This document shows, in pieces, positions 41,401 through 57,957 of a stretch of DNA of 64,000 nucleotides. The DNA is from the human T2T-CHM13v2.0 reference genome, Homo sapiens, in assembly GCF_009914755.1 (NCBI RefSeq), contig NC_060940.1. One strand, 5' to 3'. The notes below the pieces were generated by a model. It did not search any database, had not been told where the DNA came from, and saw only the letters and a list, made by a program, of their open reading frames with translations. The position numbers and the translations under genes were made by a program. How positions within the stretch are numbered: position 1 is the first letter of the stretch; each line of letters opens with the position of its first letter.

Positions 41401-42440
41401 CATGATGCTGGAAGGCCAGAGAACAGAAACCAACCGTGCACAGAGAGGCGAGCTGCTGGGACTTGAATGAAGCTGATGCGTCCCATCTATAAATTATTGT
41501 GGCTTCTCCTAGTTGGGAGGCAGGACCAGCCTCACAATTTCCCAGAAGACCGTAATTTCTGGAGCCTGCAGGCCTGGGGGCAAATGGAGAAATCAAAAGG
41601 CAGATGACCTTGGAGATAGGCAGCCAGAAAGGATGTGAAAGGCCCTGGTTCTGGACTCAAGAGACCTCACGTTTCCTAGTCTTCTTTCTGTCTCTGCTCT
41701 TTTGTGTTCATGAGGTTCATGCCCTCATGAGGGCTCCCCCACCTCCAGTGGTCTAGGATTCTAGGATGTCTTGGTATTCTTTTTCAAAAAAAAAAAACTA
41801 AGAGCCAGCATTTATAGATATAATTCTGTCCTAAACACTTTACATATAATAATTCTTCATTCTTCATTACACCCTGTGAGATAGGTTATCATTGTTATAA
41901 TTCCATTTCACAGATGAGGAAACTGAGGTACTCAGAGACTAAATGACTTGCTCAAGGTCACTTGTGAGAGGTCCAGCTCTAGGCCCTCTGGCCCGTGGGG
42001 CTATGCTCTTACCTAGTACCTCAAACTGCCTGGTAGACCTCAACCCTGTGTACCTGCACAAATGGTCCTGAAGCAGGCAGCTTTCTTCCCTGAGAGCTGC
42101 CTTTCCAGATATGCACTGCCAAAGGTCTGTGACCCTACAGCCTTGGCCTGATTTGGTCCAGATGCATGTGGACATCTCTCCCAAACAGGATCAAATTGGC
42201 CTCTTCTAGGAGTTTAGAATTTGGAATCAAGGGTGCTGGTTTTAGTCTGGACTGGTCACACAGTTTTTGACAACTGTTTATTGTACGGGAAAAGTGTCCA
42301 GCTTGATGAATTCTCACACAGTGAATTTTTCTTTGTAAGCAGAGCCCCAGAAGCCCTTCTTTGCTCCTTCTAATCTCTACACGTCCCTCCCCATCCATCA
42401 AAATAACCACTACCAGACCAGCAATCCTTTGGCTGCTTTT

Positions 42441-43475
<1,035 letters not shown>

Positions 43476-43514
43476 TTTGCCTGCTTTTGAGCACTTAAAA
43501 AACAAAACTAGGCT

Positions 43515-43800
43515 GGGCCCGGTGGCTCACATCTGTAATCCCAGCACTTTGGGAGGCCGAGGTAGGGGGGATCACTTGAGGTCAGGAGTTTGAGACCAGC
43601 CTGACCAACATGGCAGAACCCCGTCCCTGCTGAAAATACAAAAACTAGCCTGGCATGATGGTTTTTGTATCTGTAATCCCAGCTACTCAGGAGGCTGAGG
43701 CAGGAGAATCGCTTGAGGTTGCGGTGAGCCGAGATCATGCTACTGCACTCCAGCCTGGGTAACAGAGCAAGACTCCATCTCAAACAAAAACCAAAAAACA
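43515..43800 (+). mobile_element. AluS (small deletion)
   Basis: Dimer with A-rich tail. Confidence 0.88.
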
Positions 43801-43899
43801 GAATTATAGAGTAGACCATCTCTTGTGTCTGGCTGGTTTCTTTCATATGTGTGTGTGTGTGGCCACATGATATTGAAAGGACACATAGCATCCTGTTCA

Positions 43900-44208
43900 T
43901 CAGGATGTCCAGCTTCAGAGCCAGCAGGGGCCAGGCAGGTGGGTGAATGAGTGACGTGTGTGACCACAGGCATGTCCCATTGGCCCATTGAACACCCTAT
44001 CTGAAAGGGGCAGCGGCACTCAGCTCCGTTTCCTAATTCCTGCTGTTTAAAGGATGAAGGTCTAAGTTTTCCCATTTTTTTCCAGAGAAATCTGAAATCC
44101 CCTAAATTTAGATTTTGACAGAGAATTCAAGAATTACAACTGTGGTGTATTTTAAACACATTTTTGGACTGGATTCCTTCTGTGAACCTCCGGTTTACAA
44201 CTTCTGCA
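43900..44208 (+). mobile_element. MER102-like relic
   Basis: CAGGGGCCAGGCAGGT, CTGAAAGGGGCAGCGGCACTCAGCTCC. Confidence 0.6.
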
Positions 44209-44426
44209 TTCGTAGGTGGGGACTGTCAGTGGAAGGTCTCCCCCACCCCACATCGGAGGGGAGAAGGGAAAATGTAAATTTAGTCAAATGGGCTTTCTTT
44301 GGAGAGTAGAGAGTGTGCAATAGTCCAAGGCAGGGAGCTTTAAAAGAATGCAGAAGTCTTTTTTCTCTCTTGGTGTCTGAGCTCTAAATTGGCTGGGACA
44401 TATCCTTAGTTAGGAGTCAGTGGCTA

Positions 44427-44445
44427 TAGCGCCCCCTGCTGTCCT
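44427..44445 (-). promoter_or_regulatory. Candidate CTCF binding site
   Basis: Minus strand AGGACAGCAGGGGGCGCTA vs consensus TGGCCACCAGGGGGCGCTA; CpG retained. Confidence 0.55.
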
Positions 44446-44578
44446 TTAGCACCCTCTTCGTGTCCAGTGAGATCTGCAGGTGAGCCTGGAAGCCACTTGC
44501 TTCTCCTGCAGGTTTTGGGAGGAAGATTCATCATTTTAAATATTGCTCAAGTGCCTGCTGCTGCCAGTGACTTCATAG

Positions 44579-44946
<368 letters not shown>

Positions 44947-45274
44947 ACCACTCTATTTTTTTTTAAATTGGAGGTAGGGTAAGAAGGACTGGGCCAGGTC
45001 GTCCTTCCCACAATTCCAGTCTCACTGTTTCTATCTATTGAAAAGCATTTCTGGCATTTGCTTGGTACCTTTCCCTGGTTTCTGGGCTGAAATAGATTTT
45101 ATCCCATTTTTAAACAATTCCTTCTGATACTTTCAGGGGTAGTTTGTGGATGAGAGCAGAGTGAAATGCATAGGCTCAGGTTTGTGGCCTTGCAAGTTAA
45201 TAAAGAGTGTGGACTTTGGAACTAGCCTGCCTGGGCTCCAATCTTGGCTCTGGTACCTACTAGCTGTGTATCAT

Positions 45275-45562
45275 TGTTTTCATTGTTTTGTTTTGTTTTA
45301 TTTTGTTTTGTTTGAGACAGGATCTCACTCTGTTGTTGGGGCCAGAGTTCAGTGGTGCAATCATAGCTCACTGCAGCCTCCAATTCCTGGGATCAAGTGA
45401 TCCTCCCACCTCAGCCTCCTGAGTGGTTAGGACCACAGGCATACACCACCACACCTGGCTAATTTTAAATTTTTTTGTAGAGATGGGGTCTTGCTATGTT
45501 GCCCGGATGGGTCTTAGCCTCCCAAAGTGCTGGGATTACAGGCATGAACCATTGTGTCCCAC
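45275..45562 (-). mobile_element. AluJ inside a MIR
   Basis: TSD TAGCTGTG on both sides. Confidence 0.85.
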
Positions 45563-46420
45563 CTTAGCTGTGCACTTTAAATAAGTCACTTGACCTCTCT
45601 GTTCCTGTTTCTTCATTTACAAGGTGAAGATGATAATATACTACTTCTTAGGGTGAGTATTAAATAAGTTAACCTATGCAAAGAGGTTAAAACAGTGCCT
45701 AGCATATCATAGAAATGTTTGCTTGACCCAGAGGCCTGAACCTGCTTTGCCTTCAGTGTTGGTCTTTAGGTCCTGGCTTCACTCCTTAATGCTGCATCTC
45801 AGCCTTTCCTCATGAAACTTTCTGTCTTTGATCCTTTTCACTCCTTAACTGTGAATCTCCCAAATTCCACTGAGCAGTGATCAATTCTTGGGGCATCTTG
45901 CTCTGTGTTCCCAGACATTCCTTCACCCTCATTTTCTCTCCATGGCCAAATCCTATAGTGCCTCCTAAATAATTATAGCTGACATGTATGTAGCACCTAT
46001 CATATGCCACGTGCTGTTCTAAGTGATTGATATATGCTAACTCATTTAATCCTCACCCTATGAGAAAGATGCTTTTTTAACACCTATTTTATAGAGGAGG
46101 AAACTGAGGCCCAGAGAAGTGAACTGACTTGCCAGGTCACATAACTAATAAGCAGAGTCTGGATTTGAGTTTGGCTCTAGAGCCTGCTCTTAGCCACCAT
46201 GTCCCATCCTCACTGAGAGGACCCTTGTTCAACTCCACTAACCCTCTCTGGACAAGTAGCCTCTGGTCCTGTCTCCCTGCTTCCTCTCTGTCTCACTGGC
46301 CTACCCTTTCCACACCTTTCTAAAAACCAAATGTGATCATGTCATCCTCTTTGTTGAAAACATGTCAATGGCTTCCCATTGTTCTTGGGACAAAGTAAAT
46401 ACTCTTTGAAGTGGCTGCGA

Positions 46421-46565
46421 AGCAGGGTGGACATACGTCCTCCTCTGCCAAGCTTGCCTATAAACCAAATTGGTTTGTTCTGTTGTGTCAGCGTACCACA
46501 AGGCTGGTGCCCTTGTCATCCTCACAAGAGTCCCTGTTGGAAGATACAGGATATGATTGTCCTAC
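46421..46565 (+). mobile_element. MER94-like hAT-Blackjack MITE inside an L2
   Basis: CAGGGTGGACATACGTCC start; L2 sequence resumes after it. Confidence 0.45.
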
Positions 46566-47023
46566 TCATGAGGCCCTGCGTGCTCTGGCGTCAGGGTCCC
46601 TCCAGCCTTTGCTTGACCACTCTGAGTACCTTCGTTCACTCCTCTGTTCATCCTGCCACCAGGCATTTGCACATACTTCTCCCTTGGCTGAGATACTCTT
46701 CTCTCTCTTCTTCCCTGTGAGTTCAGTGGGTCTCAATTCTAGTTGCATTGTAGAATCTTCTGCAGAGCTTTTTAACTGAATGCAGTGTCTGCACCCATTC
46801 CAGACCAACTAAGTCCAAATCTCTGATTGATTCAGAACCTCTCAGTTGCATGCAGGGTTAAGGGCCCTGGTCAACTCACGCTGGTCCTCTAGACTGCAGC
46901 TCAAGCATCACTTCCTCAGGGAAGCCCTTCCTGACCTCCCTGACCAGGCCCATTTCCAATATTTTGTACTCAGCACACCACATACCTCTTCTTGCTGTCA
47001 CATATCTTAGGGACATCTAAATA

Positions 47024-47140
47024 TTAGGTTGGTGCAAAAGTAATTGCGGTTTTTGCTATTGTAAATAATGGTGCAATAGTAATTAGTTAAAAGTAATTAA
47101 AAATAATGGCAAAAGCACAGTTACTTCTGCACCAACCTAA
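47024..47140. mobile_element. MADE1 (Hsmar1 mariner MITE) with an expanded centre
   Basis: TIRs TTAGGTTGGTGCAAAAGTAATTGCGGTTTTTGC / ...TGCACCAACCTAA; TA TSD. Confidence 0.9.
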
Positions 47141-48557
47141 TATTTACTTACATGGTGACAAAGAACCCAGGTTCTGGATAAAAATGAATCACTAGCTGTG
47201 TGACCTTGGGCGAGTTACTTAACTTCTCTGTGTCTCAGTTTTCTCCCCTATAAAATAGGAATAGTCAAAAACCTGTTTTACATGGTCGTTGAGGATCAAA
47301 TTAGTTCATAATATGTAAGGCGCTTGGAACAGTGCCTGGCACATGGTGAGTGCTGTATGTGGTAGCTGTTACTGCACTAGTAATTATTACCCCCTGCTGG
47401 GATCTGTAAATCCCTGAAGGTGGGGTTGGCATCCGTTGTTTGATCACTCCACACCTAGGATGCTGCATGAACATAATAGCTCTTCAATACCTGTCTGTTC
47501 AGCAGAGTGGCGTCCTAGTGAGGTTCTTGGTAAAAGATGAAAGGTGAGATGTGGAATTGCAAAAAAAAAAAAAAAGTATAGACATCAGAGTTGGCCTGCA
47601 CAGAATTCACCTTCCTCAGTTAGGGCCCTTGTCTATGCGGGCCTGCTGGTTCAGGGTCATTGTTTCTAGCGGTCATGAGGATCAGAGCCTGCCTGGACTT
47701 GCTGTGTGCAGAGTCCCCGGTGCAGATGGCCACCTGGCAGGCATTTGCTCCAGCAGCATCCTTTGCAGGAATGGGAGGCTCCTCTGTAATTCACAAACTC
47801 ACCGTGTCCTTCTATACAGAGGATCTTTCTGCTCTTCTGAAATGCAGACTTGGGTGTGCTGAGAGCTTCTGTGACAGAGGGTGCTGTCAGGAAGCTGGGC
47901 ATCCAGGGCTGCACCTGGAAACCAAGCTGGCAGCGGCTTTGCAAGTTGAATAATCTTATGTTGTGATCTTGCATTTACGGGACCCCCCACTTAGCAAAAA
48001 GGGGTGCTCAGACCACTTCCCTTAGTTGGCTTACGGCACTGCAGGGGGAGAGGGGTGGGGAGGGGAGGAGATGGGTGTGGTTTTGTGGGTGATGGAGGAT
48101 TTATTTATAATGTGGGTGTGATCTGTTGCCATGTGACTATTCCCTGAAACTACTGTACACCCTGAGCAATGAATGCACAACCCGGCCTGCACAGGAAGAG
48201 GTGGGGCTCACTCTGTGAACAGCCTCCACCAGAACTCGAAGGCCCCCTGGGGAATACCAAGCCTAACCCCTTTGTTTTCAGAAGGAGGAACTGAGACCAG
48301 ACCATGGCAGTGACTTGCCCAAGATCACAGATGTCATTTTTATTCTAAGCTAACATTTGTCATATGGATACTACATGCCAGTCACTGTGCCAAGCTAAGC
48401 ATCATCATTGTGATTTCATTAATCTGTACACATCTAGAAAGCAGGCTCATTATATTCAGCAAACACTTGCATAGTGTATATATGATGTGCCAGGCACTGT
48501 GCTGAGTCTTTTACAAATATTAATCCATTAAATTCTCATAATCCTATGAGGATTTAG

Positions 48558-48879
<322 letters not shown>

Positions 48880-50199
48880 TTATTTCCATTTTAAAGATGA
48901 GGACCCTGAAGCTCAGAGAGGTTGGGTAACCTGTCCAAAGTCACACAGCTGGGAGGTCATTGAGTTGGGAGTCAATCTCAGACAGTCTGGCCTTGAAGTG
49001 TCTGCTCCAGCACTGTCATTTCTCTCCATGTGACAGCTCTTCTCTCCATTTTACAGGTGAGAAAATCAAGGCTTATATAACTCAAGTAGCTTGCTCGAGG
49101 CTGCACGACTGGAAATTACCAGAGCTGGTGTTGAATTTGCACATTCCAGCTATAGAATCTGACCCCTGATCTCATGCTAAACTCCCTCTCAGTGGGGCTA
49201 GGGTCTTTTGGCTGAGGGGTCCAAGCTGGGAACAGGTCACGGGGGTTGAGGCAGAGCCTGAAGCCAGCAGGTGGAGGTGGGGTGGTGTCAGCCAGGTCTA
49301 CCTGGGTTGACTCTGAACCTCATGCAGTGGAGCAGTTACTCCCTTCCCATGGGGCAGAGCCCCAGCTAGGTGGCCATCGCCTGGTTACACCCTCTAATTC
49401 CTTAAGATTTCAGCTTAAACTTCATTTTCTCAGGGAAGCCCTCCTGACTCTATCCAGCCGACACTCTCCTTGTAAATTCTCTAAGCACTGAGTGTCTCCT
49501 TTGCAGCTGTTGGAAGTGTACATTGGTTTATGCTTCTTTATTGTTTTCCCCAACTAGACTGACATAGGGAAGGTACTCAACGAATATTTGGTGACTAAAT
49601 GGTTAAATAAGTGAATGGCTTATAGCTGTAGTAGAAGGAATTGGCACAGGAAATCAAGACTGAAGTCCAAGAAGTGGAAATATATATAAGGTTTATTGGG
49701 AAAAGTCACAACTCAGTAGGCACAGGGATGCCCTGAGCAGTGATAATTAATAATTAATAGTTAATAATAATAGCTTGTACTTATTGAGTGCCTGCTCTGT
49801 GTCAGGCAGCTGTTTTAAAGGTTGTGGGTAATTCATTCCCTAGAACCTCACAAAACAAATATTGTTATCCCCTAGGGATAACTACCGCTAGGGTTATTAT
49901 CCTAGCTCCCCCTAGGGTTGTTGTTCCTAGACAGTTAAGGTTAACTAGGGATAACATCAAGAGAGCTGGCCCAAGGTCACCATTTCTTCCCAGCTTTTAA
50001 CCAACGTTTTGAGAATACAGTATTCCCCATCAAAATCGTGGCTCACCACGGCTGTGAGTTTCACCCAGCGGCCTGGGTGGTCATGGTGAAAGCTAGAAAT
50101 ACATCTCTGGAAGACATTTTCAGGTATGCTACAGAGGCTGGCATACCCGGGCTAAGAGCTGCTGGCCTGGCTAATGAACTAAGATCACTCGTTGAAACA

Positions 50200-52127
<1,928 letters not shown>

Positions 52128-53009
52128 CAGAACATTTCTTAAATGTTCATCTTCACCAGCAACTTTATGCAGTTTCCATGCAGTATCTCACTGAACTCTT
52201 ACTAACCTAGGAATTAAGCATTATTATTATTCCAGTTTCCACACAAGGAAACGAAAACTTAAAAGGGTTAAATAACTTTCCCTAGAGTCAGAAAGTTAAT
52301 AACTGGAAGAGCCAAGAGTTAAGCTTAGATGTGGCTACTAATTCACCCCTATATTGACATGGACTGCAGTGCAGATCTTAACCCAGGAAATGGTATTTTA
52401 AATTCTGCCAAAGTTTATACAATAGAAGCTTATCCTTCAAATGGAATAATTACGTATTCGCCAAATGGGCGGGGTTAGAAGAGGGCAGGGTATATCAGGC
52501 GGTTGAAGCAAATCGTCACCCAACACACAAGTGTTTACATGGTGTTATTGGCTCTATTCATTCTCCTCTCCAGGAACAAAATGAAAGATCGTCACCAAAT
52601 TATAGTGTCCCCTTTTCAAATGTGCCATGCGTGTGTAATTACAGCTTCTAACATTCTCCACTTTTCATGCTCAGACAATCTCCGTCCACTCAGTCTCAAT
52701 TAAGGTTTCCCTACTTTTTTTGTCTTTTGCAAATTTTTGGCCTTTTGTTTGCAGTTGTGGGCATGGCAGTACTGATGTGTTACTCACGGTGGTAGTACAA
52801 GAGGTGAGATTTTTGTAATACCCAGATAAACCCTAAAATATTCTACTTTACATCAAAAGTATAGAAAAGTCTGTGCTGAGAAGTTTTACTCTCTGTCTAC
52901 TTTATTCTCTCTTGCCTCCATAGATGAACACTTGTATTAGGTTTTTTTTTTCTTTTTTTTTTTTTGGTGTATCCTGCCAGAGGTGTAATTAAGAGTCGAC
53001 TTTCCCCGG

Positions 53010-53132
53010 TTACTCAGGAGGCTCAGGCAGGAGGATCACTTGAGCCCAGAAGTTTGAGGCTCCAGTGAACTATGATCTCGCCACTGTGCTCCAGCCTGGG
53101 CAACATAGTGAGACCTTGTCTCTGAAAATAAT
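53010..53132 (+). mobile_element. Alu right-arm fragment
   Basis: TACTCAGGAGGCTCAGGCAGGAGGATCACTTGAGCCCAG... Confidence 0.8.
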
Positions 53133-53260
53133 TTTAAAAAGAAAGGATACATACTTAACTTATTGCACCTCGCTTTCTCACACACACAAAAGGTACCATG
53201 TAATATACACACCTCAGCACCTTGATTTTTTTGTTTGTTTCACTTAAAAAATACAACCTT

Positions 53261-53580
<320 letters not shown>

Positions 53581-54117
53581 TTAATGCAGAGAACTTCCTC
53601 ATTGTACTTTATACCTGAGTAGTCTTCCATTATGTGGCTACACTATGATTTATTTAAACAACCCTTTCCCAGTGACACTTAGCGTGTTTAAATCTTATGC
53701 TACCCTAAACAGGGCTTCAGTGAATAACTGTATCTGTATATTACTTCCTATGTATGCAGGTTATTTTACCTTCGTCCAACGTGATGGAGTGAAAGGTGAA
53801 AAGAATTTGTAATTTTACAAAAGCATTTGTACTTTGGATAGGTAGTGCCAAATTGCCCCCACAGGATGACACCAGTTGGCCCACCCACCAGGAATATGTG
53901 TCTCTGTTTCTCCACAGCTTTTCAACAGAAACTGTTGGGATGAACATTTAAAATTTTCATTTTAAAATTTTAAATTGTCTACTTCATTTTAAGGTGCATT
54001 AGAAAAGGCAGTTTGCATATTGATCCCATGAGTTCACACTCTTAGTTTCATTTTTAAAAATAGGTTTATTTAAATAAAAATGGCAGTACTGAATTGAAGA
54101 AAAATATCAAGTAAATA

Positions 54118-54197
54118 TTATGTTGGTGCAAAAGTAATTGCGGTTTTTGCCATTACTTTCAATGGTAAAATCCACAATGACTTTTGCACCTACCTAA
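54118..54197. mobile_element. MADE1, canonical 80 bp
   Basis: Near-consensus palindrome with TA TSD at 54116-54117 and 54198-54199. Confidence 0.92.
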
Positions 54198-54747
54198 TAC
54201 TGTTACAGGTTGAATGCAGGCATGCGAAGTTATGACAGCTCATGACTGAAGCTGGGGAAATGTTGCCATGATGATTTTTTCTCTTGGGAATAATAAAATC
54301 AAGAGGTTTTATGTTCTGTGTGCAGGACACTGTGCTTGAGGTTTTATAAAGTGGATACGGTTATTGGACCCATTTTATGGCTGAGGAACCAGAGACTCAG
54401 GGTGGTTAAGTCACTTCCCTGAGGTCACACAGCTAACTCTGGAGCCTGCGCTTGTTAATTTCCCTCTGTTCTGAGGGTATTTCCAACTGGGACCTTCAAT
54501 TTAACCTTGCCTACCTACCCCATGGGAAGTAGAGCCTCAGGAGCTTTCATAGCTTGTAAATGCCCAGGGATGACACAGTCTGAACTTGCAATTTGCTTTT
54601 CCTTTCTCCTCTATGGATGCTGTTAGCTTGTGTTTTCTCTCTGTGTGCCTCATTTCAGCTTCCTTATTCCTGCAGTTTTACTTCAGCCCAACCAGATTTC
54701 AGCCCACCTGTGGGCAAAGCTGCACAGCCCATTCAGACTGAGAGAGA

Positions 54748-54751
54748 CTTT

Positions 54752-54814
<63 letters not shown>

Positions 54815-54847
54815 CTTTCTTTCTTTCTTTCCCTCCCTCCCTCCCTC

Positions 54848-54910
<63 letters not shown>

Positions 54911-55192
54911 TTTTTCTTTCTTTCTTTCCTTCTCTCTCTTTCTTTCTTTCCTTCCTTCCTTCCTTCTTTCTTTTCCTCCCTCCCTCTCTCCCTCCCTTCC
55001 CTTCCTTCCTCTTTCTTTCTTTCTTTCCTTCCTTCCTTCTTCCTTTCTTCCTTTCTTTTTCTTTCTTTTCTCCCTCTCCCTCCCTTCCCTTCCTTCCTCT
55101 TTCTTTCTTTCTTTCCTCCCTTCCTTCCTTCCTTCCTTCCTTCCTTCCTTCCTCCCTCCCTCCCTCCCTCCCTCCCTCCCTCCCCCCTCCTC
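54748..55192 (+). repeat. Compound (CTTT)n/(CCTT)n/(CCCT)n microsatellite
   Basis: Directly visible; includes (TTCC)8 at 55121-55152. Confidence 0.95.
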
Positions 55193-56069
55193 CATCTCTC
55201 TCACCTGTGCTTCCTTTCCTCTTAGCTGCCTGTGTCTGGGATTAAGTGATGACCTAGGATCTGCCTGTCTTTGATGCTGGGGATTGTTTTTCACTATAAA
55301 GACTCTGGTTTGGGGGTGGCAGGGACCCAAGTACTCTGTCACTGGCCGGTGCTGAATTTGTGTGAGATGAAGAGTGTTATCGTCTGTAACCCCCGTGTTA
55401 GGTGGGAGACCCTCTGGGGAGGCTGAGGAGCAGGGGGGCAGCCAGGGGACACTGAGGGGTTCCCACTCGGCTGGCTGCATTTCTGGAGTCTGACAAACTT
55501 GGCTTCCAGTCCTGGCTCTCCCATGTCCTTGCTTTGTGACCTTGGGCAAGTTACTTCTCTGAGCCTCAGTTTTCTCATCTGGAATACCAGGATAACAGTC
55601 TAACTCCTCCATCACTGGGCTGTCAGGAGAATCTGGGGACATGACATAGAGGACTCAGCACAGTGCTTGGCAGGTAGTATGTGCTCAATTCAATAAAATT
55701 GGTGGCAGTAAAAGTCACATTCGACGGTTATTTTGTTGTTGTATTCAACAATCTCTTGAATGAAGATTGGAAATGGAAGGAAATTTGGGAATCCAAGCTT
55801 GCCTAATACCAGGCATGTGGAGATGGAGCCTCAGCAACAGGAAATACTGGGAAGAGGAATCGTGCCAGGATCCTGTGGAAACCTGATTTCCAGGGGTGGG
55901 CGAGATGACTGGGGATGATCAAGGGGTGATGCTGCGGCAGGAGTGTAATAGTTTCAAACCTGTTTTTGAGAGCACTTGAGACTGAGTCAGACAAACTCAC
56001 TCGGGAGTTTAGGGGATGTGTTCACATGGGGTTGGATTCCAGCACTGTTGGGAAGAAGGTAGGGAGTCT

Positions 56070-56290
56070 GGCAGAGGTCCCAAATCCAAATTCCTACAGG
56101 GTCCAGGCAGGAAAGGGGAAAGAGAGAAGCAGTCCTGGTGTAAGACAATAGGGAAGAGTGGGGACTGTGGAAAACTAGAAAGTTTATTACTTATCTAAAG
56201 GGGAAAACCACTGCTCAGCCCACAGAAATGAGTGTTCTGTGTTGTCACAGCTGATGATTTCTCAAAAGGAAGCAATATTTCACATTTTTT
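56070..56290 (+). mobile_element. MER102-like relic
   Basis: AAATTCCTACAGGGTCCAGGCAGG, GTAAGACAATAGGG, GGGGACTGTGG, CTAAAGGGG. Confidence 0.6.
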
Positions 56291-56294
56291 ATTC

Positions 56295-56602
56295 TTTCTT
56301 TCTTTCTTTTTTTTGTTTGAGACAGAGTCTCGCTCTGTTGCCCAGGCTGGAGTGCAGTGGTGCGATCTCAGCTCACTGCAAGCTCCGCCTCCTGGGTTCA
56401 TGCCATTATCCTGCCTCAGCCTCCTGAGTAGCTGGGACTAGAGGTGCATGCCGCCACGCCCGGCTAATTCTTTTTGTATTTTTAGTAGAGACAGGGTTTC
56501 ACCGTGTTAGCCAGGATGGTCTCGATCTCCTGACCTCGTGATCCGCCTGCCTCGGACTCCCAAAGTGCTGGGATTACAGGCGTGAGCCACTGTGCCTGGC
56601 CA
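56295..56602 (-). mobile_element. AluY
   Basis: Y-diagnostic motifs; TSD ATTTCACATTTT. Confidence 0.92.
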
Positions 56603-56877
56603 AAATTTCACATTTTAATCTGATAGTTCCTGACTTAAATATAGTAAACTTATTTGGATTTCTAAGAAGCACCTTGTTGGCCAACGGTAGCTTCTTTACA
56701 GGCTTGATATAGCTTCTGGGTTCCACACTGTGGCCCCTGGGCATGAAGGAGGGCCCAGGCCAGGGATGGGACAGGCTCTAGGTGGCCTGGAGGTGTCTAG
56801 TCAGTGTGGCCTGGGTGACGAGGATCTGATGTAAAATGAGACTAGGGGAGAGATTGAGGCAGAGATGGAAGCTGTGT

Positions 56878-57022
56878 CTTTTTTTTTGTTTTTGAGTCAG
56901 AGTTTCTCTCTGTCACTGGAGTGCAGTGGTGCCATCATGGCTCACTGCAGCCTTGAATTCCTGGGCTCAAGCGATCTTCCCACCTTGGCTGGGATTACAG
57001 GCATGAGCCACTGCTCCCAGCC
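56878..57022 (-). mobile_element. Short Alu monomer (FLAM/FRAM-like)
   Basis: TSD GGAAGCTG..TCTTT. Confidence 0.75.
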
Positions 57023-57177
57023 AGGAAGCTGCATCTTTGAATGCGATCAGAACCAAACCCCATAGGGGGAGTGATGGCTTACAGGCCATGAGGATTCCCA
57101 GACTCATCTCAGGCTTGGTCAATACCCACAGCATCAAGGCTAGGAAGGGAATGTATTTTGGTTAAAGGCAGGACTGA

Positions 57178-57476
<299 letters not shown>

Positions 57477-57957
57477 AGGCAGGACTGATATTTAACCTGC
57501 ATGCCCTGGCACTACTGTACCAGTGGTGGAAATATTGAAATACTCTGAAACCGATGGGTAAATAGCCACTGGGTCCTCTGGGCCTTTTCCCCCAACCTTC
57601 CACTTACCCATATCTGCCTCTGCCAGCTCCTACCACACCCCCTCCATGACGTGGTGACTAGAGTGCTAACTCCCAGCACAGCCAGGCTCTGCTGTCCATT
57701 CCGTTTGGTCTGTGGGCAGTCCCTGAGCCAAGGCAATTATAGATATCTTGACTCACCCCTGGTTGTAGGTAACATGCCTACCTGGATTGGCTGAAGCACA
57801 AAGGACAAATTTTAGAGGACACAGGGAGGCAGATGGAATTGGAAGGCAGGATGCCAGAACCCCAGGGACCAGAACCAGGAGCTTCATCCCTGGGGTCATG
57901 TAGTCTTTGTCTTTGTTTCTCCGGGTTCCTCAGAGCGCACCATAAAAATCAGCACCA

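Noticed and set aside
41701-41770. Palindrome GCCCTCATGAGGGC and short tandem echoes
   Set aside because: Too short to separate from chance or ordinary slippage.
49873-49956. TAGGGATAAC resembling an I-SceI site (engineered sequence)
   Set aside because: Only 10-11 of 18 bases match, and it is explained as the inverted copy of the adjacent MIR GTTATCCC.
52440-52700. GC box, CCAAT and pyrimidine-AG segment suggesting an internal promoter or exon
   Set aside because: No CpG island, no convincing donor or reading frame; motifs are too short to support a call.
54593-55642. 210-319 aa ORFs over the CTTT/CCTT microsatellite
   Set aside because: Low-complexity artefacts.
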